Shown one piece after another: positions 52,301 to 64,000 of a stretch of 64,000 nucleotides of DNA; the stretch's first letter is position 1, and each line of letters begins with the position of its first letter. Source of the DNA: Rhizophagus irregularis (lineage: Eukaryota); NCBI RefSeq assembly GCF_026210795.1, contig NC_089430.1, positions 5,580,001-5,644,000 of the forward strand. Reading direction: 5' to 3'. The notes below the pieces were generated by a model. That model saw only the letters and a list, made by a program, of their open reading frames with translations. It was not told the origin of the DNA and made no database searches. The position numbers were made by a program, and so were the translations under genes.

Positions 52301-54982
52301 CAGAAAAAGATCATATTGATGCAATGTTTAGTTTAGCTAATCACTATTATAATGGAGAAGGAACAGAAAAGAATTTAGAAAAAGCCTTTCATTGGTGTCA
52401 AAAAGCAGCAAAAAAAGATCATATTGATGCAATGTTTAGTTTAGCTAATTTCTATTATAATGGAGAAGGAACAGAAAAGAATTTTGAAAAAGTTATTCAT
52501 TGGTATCACAAAGCAGCAGAAAAAGATCATATTTTTGCAATGATTGGTTTAGTCAATCACTATTATGATAAAGAAGGAACAGAAAAGAATTTAGAAAAAG
52601 CCTTTCATTGGTGTCAAAAAGCAGCAGAAAAAGACTATGATATTGCAATTTATTGTTTAGCTACATTTTATAGAAATGGAGTAGGAACAGAAAAGAATTT
52701 TGAAAAAGCATTTCATTGGTGTCAAAAAGCAGCAGAAAAAGATCATATTGATGCAATGTTTGCTTTAGCTAATCACTATTATAATGGAGTAGGAACAGAA
52801 AAAAATTTAGAAAAAGCATTTCATTGGTGTCAAAAAGCAGCAGAAAATGATAATATTGATGCAATGTTTAGTTTGGCCAATTACTATTATAATGGAGTAG
52901 GAACAGAAAAGAATTTAGAAAAAGCCTTTCATTGGTGTCAAAAAGCAGCGGAAAGAGATTATATTAATGCAATGTCTATTTTAGCTAATCACTATGGTAA
53001 TGGAGAAGGAACAGAAAAGAATTTAGCAAAGGCCTTTCATTGGTATCAAAAGGCAGCAGAAAAAGGTCATATTGATGCAATGATTGGTTTAGCTGCATGT
53101 TATGGGAATGGAGAAGGAACAGAAAAAAATTTAGAAAAAGCCTTTCATTGGTATCAAAAAGCAGCAGAAAAAGATCATATTATTGCAATGTTTGGTTTAG
53201 CCAATTACTATGAAAATGGAAAAGGAACAGAAAGGAATTTAGAAAAAGCCTTTCATTGGTATCAAAAAGCAGCAGAAAAAGGTCATATTGATGCAATGAT
53301 TGGTTTAGCTGCATGTTATGGGAATGGAGAAGGAACAGAAAAAAATTTAGAAAAAGCCTTTCATTGGTATCAAAAAGCAGCAGAAAAAGATTATATTGAT
53401 GCAATGTATGGTTTAGCTGCACTTTATAGAAATGGAATAGGAACAGAAAAGAATTTAAATAAAGCCTTTCATTGGTATCAAAAAGCAGCAGAAAAAGGTC
53501 ATATTAATGCAATATTTAATTTAGCTGCATGCTATAGAAATGGAGAAGGAACAGAAAGGAATCTAGAAAGGGCCTTTTATTGGCATCAAATTGTAGTAGA
53601 AAGTAACAAAACCAATCCTAAAAATAAAGTTGAATTTTGTAATGAATGCAAGCTACCGAACTCTGATTATCAATGGTGTCAACAATGTAATACTAAACGA
53701 TTTCAACAAGATTTTTCAAAGTGGACTAGTAACAATAAATTTATTGATGAATTTATCCAAGAAGCACAGTCAAATGCTAAAAATAGTTATGAAATTTTAG
53801 AGTGGATACCTTATAATAATTTATCAAGTATTGATTATTATGATAGAGGAGGATTTAGTGAAATTCATAAAGCTATCTGGTTAGATGGACCTATTTTTAG
53901 TTGGAATTCTGGCAAACAACAATGGAATAGACAAACATGTTATGTGGTTATCCTTAAAATACTTAATAATTCATCAAGTTTAAATAATGAATTTCTGGAT
54001 GAGGTATAGTATTTATACTATTTAATAGCAAATTTTATTTCTTGTGCAAAAATTTAATGATTTTTTTTTGTTGTTTATATAGTGGAAATATCATTATAAT
54101 TGTCAGAAAAAATCATTTTCGAAACTTATTCAGTTCTTTGGTATTACCCAAGATCCAAATAATTTAAATTATATAATAGTAATGAGTTATGCAAAAAATG
54201 GAAGTTTAAGAAAATGTTTATCTGATATAATTAAATTCAAATGGCAAGATAAGTTACAATTATTGAAAAAAATTATATTAGGGCTTAAAGTAATTCATGA
54301 ATCAAATTTAATTCATGGTGATTTTCATGATGGTAATATTTTAATGTCAGATAATTACAATGAATTATTTATTATTGATTTAGGATTATGCAAACCTACA
54401 AGTGTTTTACAAAATTCCGGTAATAAAGTTAATGAAATTTATGGAGTTTTACCTTATATGGCGCCTGAAATATTAAGAAAAAAACCTTATACTCCAGCAA
54501 GTGATATTTATAGCTTTTCAATGATAATGTGGGAATTAACATCCGGCATTCCTCCATTTAACCATGAAGCACATGATCATCACTTTATCTTGAGTGTTTA
54601 TGAAGGGAAACGTCCTAAAATTATGGAAAATACTCCAAAATGTTATATAGATTTAATGAAAAAATGTTGGGATTTAAATCCTTCCAATAGACCAACCATA
54701 ATAATGCTTGAAAATATTATATCTGAATGGGTTGGATGTATTAATAAATATTATGAAATAAACAAGAATGGAAATTATAAATTTTTAGTGCCTAATATTG
54801 ATAATCAATTAAAAAATGATTTGATAGAATTTATAGAAGCAAATGAATCTTTAATGCAAAATCAAGCAAATACTTCTATTATCCAATATCATCCACAAGC
54901 ATGTTATACAAGCCGCAAACTTACTGAAATTTTAGTTCAAGAAGAGTCTCAGGGTTTTGATTGTAAGATTGAAGATGATTAG
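49354..54982 (+). CDS. Sel1-repeat (~38 x 36 aa) protein kinase; exons 49354-54003, 54083-54982
   Basis: 108-bp tandem repeats, CxxC motifs, GGFSEIH, VILK, HGDFHDGN, DLG, LPYMAPE; phase-0 intron 54004-54082. Confidence 0.94.
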
Positions 54983-55349
54983 TTCTATTCATTTATTGGA
55001 TTATTTATCAATTATTACTGTAATATAGAAAGCATTATCATTAGTATGTACTTTTACAGTTTTTGAAATATTAAATACAAGTATGACAATTATTGAAACA
55101 ATTTTTATTTATATTTATTATATTTTTATTTTATTTACAATTTGCTTAGATCCTCAGAAAAAAAGGTTTCGTTGTTTGATATATAATAAATGTGCGAATC
55201 AATGATAAGTAAATACTGTATATTTATTGATTAAGTTATAATATTGAACTATTTAATATTATATATATAAAACTTATATAAGATATAAAAATTTGTATTT
55301 AAACTAATTTACTTATTTTCTGTTGGATATTATGACCTATAATAATATA

Positions 55350-56500
55350 TTATTGAGACTGCAAAAGGTGTTATTTATTTAGGAAATATAAAGTTTAACT
55401 CCTGGTATTTAACAGCAATAAATTGGGGACTACTTGATCCCTTGACCAAAATTTTTGCAAAAGAAAAAAATTTAACTAAAAAATAACAATTTTTTATAAC
55501 AAAAGCACAAAAATATGGAGTCATATCCTAGAACTGATTTTCTCAATATGGTTTTAATGAAAAGTTCCAAAGAAACAGGACGACTTTCAAAAAAAATTTT
55601 ACACACAAAATAGACCACTTTTATTTATAAAGACAAACCAAATTCTTCCAAGATATAAGTCTTCCTACTTCATTAAGTTCATTAAGTAGTGAATTTTTGA
55701 ACTAATAATAAGAACTTGCGAAGAGGTGGCTTTACATCATATGAGTACTATATGAGAAAACTTGAGAAGAATAATTACAATCTGGCTGTTGGAAGCGTAG
55801 CAAAAACTGCGGACGTATGACAACAATTCAAAAAAGGCAAATAAACCATAATTAGTTGACAGAGAATAATATAAAATTATATAAAGACGGAACTGTATAA
55901 ATGGGAAAGATGTATATCAATAAAAATAAAGAAATTCCATAATATAATTTTAGGGAAATAGATGAATAATTATTGTTTGTGTGTGTTGGAAGAAAAATAT
56001 TATATATGAGAATTATTAAAAATTGTGTCAAACCAAAGCCAATATAAAATATAAAACAGAAATGTTAATATGTAGCAAATTAGAAGATATTTTGCTAAAA
56101 ATATACTTCGAGGTTGGCCCAAAACAATACAATCATCAATAAAATTAAAAAAACGTAACAAATCAAGAAGGTAATTTGAAAGTGTATAAGATTAAAATTC
56201 TACTAGAGAAATTACCTACGTGCAGTATTTTATTTGAATGCAAAACAAATAAGATTGATTCAAATTTATGCTCATAGAAGATTGGGGAACATACGGATTT
56301 GCGAAGATAATGAATATACAGAATTGGATAATAATTAAACAATGATAGAGTTAGAAACTAGTATGTATATTGACGCAGGGAAAAAGAGATATTTAAATTC
56401 TAATGACTATTAATAGTAAGTTCGAAAAGATTGTTCAATACTAGTTGAAAACAATAATAAGAAATCATGTGAAATTACGTGGTTTGTTTAATGGAAAATT
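55350..56500 (+). pseudogene. Highly degenerate LINE ORF2 C-terminal fragment
   Basis: IKILLEKLPT at ~56191-56220 followed by an EDWxHxxICEDN-like zinc-finger remnant; boundaries uncertain. Confidence 0.45.
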
Positions 56501-57169
56501 TAAAAGCAACGCAACAGGTTACTGGTTACAGCTACTAGTATATTACTATAATTAATATAATCATAAATTATTAAATTAATTTATTCTCATCGAATTTTAT
56601 TCCAACTTACAAAGAAAACAAATTCTTCCTGACATAATTCAATTTGTACTAACTACGATTATTTTTATGTGGATATGACATTCCAATTCAGTTGTATTTC
56701 TGACCCACCTCTCTGAATAATGGTAATAGTTATAAAAATTCATGAAATGTGGAACCAATTGTCTTTTCAACAATTGTAATACTACTAAATCTGAAAATAG
56801 TTACATTGCAATTTGTAAATGATCACAAGAACATTATTCAAATATTGAAGAAATCAAGAAATCTTTAATAATAAGAATATGTGTACGTAACGTTCAAAAA
56901 CTAATAATCGAGTGAAGTTGAGCTTATATTGTTTTTTTGTGTCATAATAATCATGTCTAGTCTTTCAAAAGTATACTGCGGACTGATATAAATATTTCAT
57001 ACTTCTAATAAATATTGTGTATCAAAATAAAAATATTTAAAAACAATCTTGAGGAATTACGAACTTATGAAATTATCAAATAATAAACAATTTTTATTTT
57101 AATGTAACTAGTTTGCTAAAACATTGAATCTTTCTAACAGTAATGATGAAATTTTTATACAAAGATAAT

Positions 57170-57923
57170 ATATGACGATAAAAAAAACTACGTAATTTAC
57201 TATCTGGAGGAATATATTTATATCAGGATAACCATTTGACCATTATATCACTACTATTACCATCGTACCTTGCGCCAAACTGTAAATTATTTTAGAACAC
57301 CCATGCTGCATAATGTGGATTAATGATATCAATATTTTATGATTGTCGAATAAAAATATAAAACTTTCTGTAGCATGCATAGGTAGGGTTCCAATAATTG
57401 AATGCGCACGTGTTTCTTTAACGTTTTCATTTTGACCAATATAGATGATAACATGATATCCTTCTCCTGTTTAAGTAATTTCTCATTTTATAATGAAAAT
57501 TCATAATGGTTTTTAGTCAAGTGCTCTCTAATGTAAGAAGTTAATGATTCAAATTTTAAATATTTCAAAAGTGTTAATTCGAGACTTGTTAATAATTTTA
57601 AGATATATTTATTATGGGAATATTGACTTGGAGAAATTGCAAAGTAACGATGAGGAATATAAGGTATTCATTCTTAAAATAAATTTTCCGTCATTTTTTT
57701 TCAACAATTTCTTTAGATGATTCTTCATCATTTTTTTCTTTAGATAGTTCTGACACGAAAATATTTTCACCTAGTTCGTAAGGTAATTGAATGTATACGT
57801 ATTAATCATATTATGTCAACATTTTTATTTTGACCGGCATAGATAACAACATCATATTCCTTCGCCAGTTTCAAGTATTTTTTCAAAATCATTAACAATT
57901 TTTTGTTAACTTTCATAAGACAT
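57170..57923 (-). pseudogene. Degenerate BTB(-TLDc) gene with two BTB N-terminal remnants
   Basis: MSYES*QKIVNDFEKILETGEG, YDVVIYAGQN, and second copy GYHVIIYIGQNENVKETRAHSII, resembling exon 1 of the gene at 61121. Confidence 0.7.
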
Positions 57924-58081
57924 TTCTTCAAAGAACGATAAATTTGGTATTTGAATCATAATTCGGCCGTTAACGTCTACGAAGTGACATAAACTGCTAC
58001 TTTTTATTTGTCACGCATTATCTGTCACATGATTAATTCTTAATGTGACGCAGAATGAATAGACAAAATGCTCGTTGAAAC

Positions 58082-59377
58082 TAGAGGTTAGAACCGGAAT
58101 CGGTTATCGGATTTATAACCGGGTTTAACCGATTTGAAATTTAACCGGTTTACGATTCGGTTAACCGGTTATATTCAAACCGGTTTAAACCGATTAACCG
58201 GTTATTTCAAACCGATCAAAACCGATTTTTAATTTTTGTGAATGGTGACATGCCTCCACCTGATCTATTTATCCCCAATCAACTAATACAATTTCAGTTA
58301 ATGAAATTTTAGAATTTTTTTTTTGATTAATAATTTTAAATTTTTCGTTTTTTTTTTCAAACTGAAAAAAAAATTTTCTTCCTTTCTTCTTTCGGTTTAG
58401 TTTTTTTTCAAACCGAAAAATTTGTTTTTTCTCATTCTTTTCCCGTTTAGGTTTAATTTTTTTTCCCAAACTGAAAAATATTTTTTTTTTTGAATTATTG
58501 TCCTTTTTTTTCAGAATTTTTTTCGGTACTTATTTTTTTTTAGATTCCTTTTTTTTTGGAAATTTCCCTTTTTTTGAACCGATTCCTTTCTTTATCCTTT
58601 TTCTTTCCCCCAAATTATTTTTAATTTTTTTTTCTTTCAATTTTTTTTATAACATGTAGGAAAGATGATTAAGATTTTCAAGTTTGATTTTCAAATTCAT
58701 AAAAATCAAAAAAAATTGATATTTTTACAATATTTTACAATTAATTAATTAAAGAAATTATTGATTTAATAATAGACTATTGTAACCAAATCCATATTCG
58801 AAATTCTCTAAATAATCACCAGATTTTTGAATAAAAATTTTAATTCAAATGGTTTAGTTAAATTGATAATTTATTGAATAAAATGAGTATCAAAAGAATA
58901 ATAATAAATGAAATGAACAGATTTCTAATATATTTGATTGTTCAAATATTTTTCCTAAGTTGATTATAAGTTTAAAATTGACGTAATATAAAATAATAAG
59001 AAATAATTATAAAATTTATAATTAATTAATAAAATATTTGAAACTTTATAGTGCTGGCCCGAATTACGAAATTTAAATCACGTGACTACGGCTAAATAGT
59101 TTAGCCACCGGGTAAGTTATGTTACACAAAATTTTATTATAGATATTTGTGTCCCACAAAATTTCGAACTGTGTTACACAAGGGATGTAATTCCGGCCGG
59201 AATTATAACTTGGCAGGATTTATGCCGATCACATTTAATTCTGGCCAGAATTATCAAATATATACGAATCGGTTATTCGGTTTCAATCGGGTTTTGCGAA
59301 ATCGGTTTGAAACGGATTGAACCGGTTGCGCCCGTTTTAAATTCGGTTTTCGAAAATAGAACCGGTTCTAAACTCTA
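58082..59377. mobile_element. Non-autonomous hAT-like element
   Basis: TIR TAGAG[G/T]TTAGAACCGG; 8-bp TSD GTTGAAAC at 58074-58081 and 59378-59385; dense subterminal AACCG/CGGTT motifs. Confidence 0.92.
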
Positions 59378-59654
59378 GTTGAAACATTATTAATGTCAAT
59401 GTATGACGAAAAATTTCTTTGCCTCATCAGCCAATCAATAATGTCATTTCTTGTTATCATTTAAAAATACTAGCAATATGTTTCGTAAGTCTGATTAAAA
59501 AAAATTAATTAACCTCTGACACAAGAATATTATAATTTCAACAGTCTACCCTCACTCTCGTCTATGTTCCACAGAGAAAAAAAAAATATTTCGAGAAAAT
59601 TTAGAAAAAATTTTTATTTAAAACATGAAAAATTACATTTTAAACTTTCTAATA

Positions 59655-61121
59655 TTAGAATTTTCTCTTCAAAATTTGAAATACTTCATAATCATCAATT
59701 TTAAAATTCCTTGGTATGTTAATATCAGGATATGAATTTGGAGAAGAACTCCATTCACCATTTGGAGTCATCATAATATCATTACTATAATTATTAATTT
59801 TACCAAATAATGGACCCCATTTCTGAATACATCTTATAGCACATTGTTTTTCAATTACTCTTCCAATTTTACCAGTATTAATATCTTTATAATCATTAAA
59901 TAAAAATATAAAACTATTCAAAGTATTTTTAAAATCATTACCATCCCATCCTAATGGATTATACCCTCCAATCAATTTATTTGAATCTTTAATTTTAACT
60001 ATTGTAATGGTCTCTTTTTTATTATCACATTTATTATGAAATACTTCACCATCAAATCCATCCCTACTTCCACGTAAAATAAGTTTGAATTCATATTGAA
60101 GAAAATTTCTAGTCTTATAAATAATATTATCTTCATTATTTATCCAATTTAAAAAAAGTAAAGGATAAAGATCTTTTTGTACAGGTATAATAGAAGAATC
60201 AAGTTCGAATGATTTCATATTTGAAATTTGTAAAATATCAGACATTAAATTTTTTGGTAATAATTTTTTATAAGGACTTATTTTATTAATATAATCTTCA
60301 ATTGAAATGTTTTGAAATCTAATTAATTTAATTAATTTGTTTATTGTTTCCTTCATTATTTTAATATCCTCTTCGGTCCATTTTAGAGGATCATGTCCAA
60401 TAGTAGGATTTTGTGCGTGAGCCCATTTAATTAAGTAATTCCAAATATCAATTTCATCTAATGCAAGTTCATCTTGTTGTAATAAAAGCTCTAATGTATG
60501 TGCTGGTACGGTCAAAAAATTTTCACCTTCAAATAATATTTTTGTTTCTTGACAAATTAATTTTAAACAAAACTCTTTTAATAATATAAGTTGTTCAAAT
60601 AAAAAAACTATTTGAAGTATTCCAATTGGATCACTTTTTAAATAATCTTGTTGATGATTAATTAAGTATAATTGAAGATTTTCAATTATCTTATCAAATC
60701 CAAGTTCATCTGCCGCTTTTAATAATTCCAAATATTTTGTTTGTTCGATTTGACTAAAATTTATCGTTCCACTATAAATATAACTTTTTTTTTTAAAAAA
60801 AGGTAAACTAAATTAATAAAAGATGAATATTAAAAAAAAATTTTGTGTTAGTTTTATAATATAATTACTTTACCTAAGAATAATTTGGAATATGTTTCCC
60901 GTAATATTTGGTTTTTTTAAAATATACATTCCATCCTTTTTTTCTGCCCAATTAGAAGAGAAAGCCGTACGAAAATATTGTGATCGACATCGTAAAATTA
61001 TTGAATGAGCATGAAGTTCTTTAACATTAGGTTCTTCCCCAGCATAAATTATAACGTTATAATCTTCCTCAAAAAATTGTTGAAAATCGTTAGTAATATT
61101 TTCTTTATAAATTTCCATCAT
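59655..61121 (-). CDS. BTB/POZ-BACK-TLDc protein; exons 61121-60874, 60783-59655
   Basis: HAHSIILRCRSQYF, YIYSG, EIDIWNYLIKW, LILRGSRDGF, FHNKCD, IGGYNP, YEVFQ. Confidence 0.92.
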
Positions 61122-62989
61122 GAATTTTTAAATTAAAAATGATTTATATATTGATTTAAAAAGATTAAATCTAATTAAGGAAAAATAAAATAAAATAAAA
61201 TAAAAAAATAATTAATTGTGTTACACTTTTTTTTTTGTTGATGTTGCATCGCATATCAAATGAGTTCTCAGATAAGGAAATTCTATAGACTTAAATACGT
61301 GATATTAAAACTTTGTTCAATTTTTTTAAGAGTAAAATAATAATAATTATAAATAAATAAATAAGATAGTATTTAGAAGGCTTATCTCCGTACATTTTTC
61401 GCCAGTTTGCTGTGTAAAAAAAATACAACCGAATTTTTGTACAACATTGAACAATTGTACCGTAATACAAATTATTCTATTTAAACAATTATTAATAAAA
61501 TAAAAAATTATTATATTAATGTTTGATTATATTGCGAAAATCATTATTTGTGCTAACGAATTTTTTTTTTTTAATAAAATTTTGTTAAATATTTATTTAC
61601 GAATACATTTGTCACGTTCAAATTGGCTGAAGCTTTTTCCATAATAGGAAATGCATATGACGATGATTGCCACGTGAATTATAACGATTGACGTATTGCT
61701 TGTAAATTATGATATCAGATATGATAACTGAACCACTTATTTATCATCTGTGGCTTAGCACATCTGGTACTTTTTAAGAGCAAAAATTGTTTTACGAAAT
61801 AATCAAAGGTCTGGTACCAAACTGGATAGACTTCTAACAAAAAAAGTTAATTTATTCATAATGAATTAATTTTCACGATCAAAGATATGATTTAGAGATC
61901 AAATTGAAAAAAAAGTTGTGAATGTTGCAATTGCAGATTCTAAATAAATATAAAATAACTTAACATACCGATCATGAATTGTTCCAAGAACGTTAGTAGA
62001 CCTCAGATAGAATCGGCACATTAGCTCTCTTGAGAGTTCACCCGCTGCTATTATCCAATAAAAAATGGAAAAAAAGTTATGTAAATTAACGTTGCAAATC
62101 AAGGCACACTTTATCGAATATTTTTCAATGCTCTTTCTTTTTTCATAACATATTCAGAAACTAAAATTGAATAATTCCTTCTATATTATATATTAAATAT
62201 AGTTAAAAAAAATATTCATATACTAAAAGAAGTAGGAATATTAATAATATATCAAGATATTAATTATTGAAAATATATTTATAGTAATAAATAATTTTAA
62301 CAATATCGATGGTAAAAAAAAATAATTTTTTTCATGAATAATTTTAACAAATTATTTGTGAAAGAATTGCTTTGGATATTTTGAATTATTATTAATAATC
62401 CAATTTTGTGTTTAATTAAATCAGTGTAAGTTATATAGTACTATGGATTATTTAGCAATTAAATCCAAACGGTTGGTCTGAAACTTTTTTTTTTTACCTC
62501 CCACAAATCTTGATTTGCCAAAGTTAATATTCTAATTCCGAAAAAAAAAAATTTATTCTACTTAGGTAAATAAGTTTAAACCTGATCAACTGATCGAATT
62601 TTCTTTTTTTTTTATACTATATAATAAACATTTTAGGTTATTTTTCTTTTTAACAGTATATAAATTACTTCATTAAAATTCGGTAATTATTAAAGATCAT
62701 ATGTCAAAAGATAATAGGCGCATCAATAATAAATATTACTAATATTTACTTTATTGAATAAAACCGGTTCTTAATTAATCTACTACGTTAATTGATTGTA
62801 GGAATGGACATAATTAAATATATTAGACATATATTTTAAGATAATTAAGTTATCATTCCTAAAATTAAAGATCTTTATATCTAAATAAAAGATACCATAT
62901 CAAATTTTTTATTATTAAGACATCCGGTTTTGTATTTTGATTTAATACTTATTACAAATCTGTCAAACCTATTATAATACTAGTATTAC

Positions 62990-63110
62990 TTATCTCCTGG
63001 CTAATTAGGAATAAGTAAAATTTTACTAGGATTGGATAAATGATCGGCCGAAGGCTGATCATGTTCCGATTCTAAGTAAAATTTTACTATTCCAATTAGC
63101 CAGGAGATAA
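62990..63110. repeat. 121-bp foldback palindrome (tiny MITE or hairpin-RNA candidate)
   Basis: TTATCTCCTGGCTAATT...AATTAGCCAGGAGATAA with pairing continuing to a 3-nt GAA loop. Confidence 0.85.
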
Positions 63111-64000
63111 TTGATTTATCCCCTGCCATTTACACAATAGTAAGTGTTTTATAGTATATCGTGAGTATAATATAGTATATTTAATTGTTGAATCTTATTT
63201 TTCTTTTGCTTGGTTTTTTTTTTATTTTAAGAGATTTTAAAAAAATAATTGAATTTTAAAAGCTTCGGAACTATTACTATTACACTTGAAAAATAATATT
63301 GAGATTACAAATAAATTAAAAGAAAGATTTTCTCATTTGGAAAATGCAAATCTTTCTGAATTACTCAAATTTTCAAATCAGTCCATTATAGTATAATCAA
63401 TAGTTAATTTTTACCGCAAAATTTCCTAGAAACGGATAAATAAATACATATAAATTTTACTACCCAGTAGGTATAACTAAAATTGCATAATCGTGTAAAT
63501 GGTGCCGATCAGGGGATAAGAATTAATACACTCTGCTTGTATGAATCTCTGCTGAAAAATTCCAAATGAAATTATAACAATATCTCAATAGCATAATATA
63601 TAAACTCCAATGAAAACCGTTTTCATATTTGTTCTAGATTTTATAATCATTGGTTATGGTTCACTATAAACATATTCTTGTTTATAATAATCACTTTGCT
63701 TTGTTTGAATCCATCAACTAATTGATGTCAGAGATCTCAGTTATAGACATTAAAAATCTCCTTTGTACTTCGCAAGTTATTTCTCATATATTCATTATAA
63801 TTTGGCTTACAATAGGTTGGTTTTCTTTTTAAAAAATATTTGAACTAAACATGTCATTTTCATTATGTAATTTGAATATTGCTTATTGTTTATGCTATGC
63901 CACAGGGCTTTGGTAATAAATCAACAAAGAAAATGTGTAACAAAATTGAACTCAGCCCAAATCTTTTTTTTAAGCCATATCATTTTAGTGTGCCTTTTAT

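Noticed and set aside
49583..53422. Repeated antisense ORFs in the Sel1 array
   Set aside because: By-products of the 108-bp coding repeat
61960..62060. GC-richer island as an ncRNA
   Set aside because: No recognisable tRNA/snRNA features

Overview
Very AT-rich eukaryotic DNA with short GT-AG introns. The gene set (Sel1-repeat and TKL-type kinases, BTB-BACK-TLDc, F-box remnants, BCS1-like AAA ATPase) resembles an arbuscular mycorrhizal fungus such as Rhizophagus; this assignment is an inference. The window is dense in transposons, and the ends of most can be resolved from the sequence: a damaged LINE, an intact two-gene PIF/Harbinger nested in a short retroposon, an intact pogo/Tigger, a Myb-only Harbinger derivative, a non-autonomous CACTA with a nested MITE, a MULE with one nonsense codon, and hAT-like and foldback MITEs. 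The most unusual structure is inside the CACTA: a non-coding tandem array of about 12-15 micro-exon/intron units whose 5' splice site and branch point each sit in their own hairpin, with compensatory changes between copies. Also notable are a bromodomain fused to a PD-(D/E)xK-like motif, a roughly 38-repeat Sel1-kinase with modular hypervariable repeats, and a kinase built from six tandem phase-0 exon modules. All coordinates were read by eye and may be off by a few bases.
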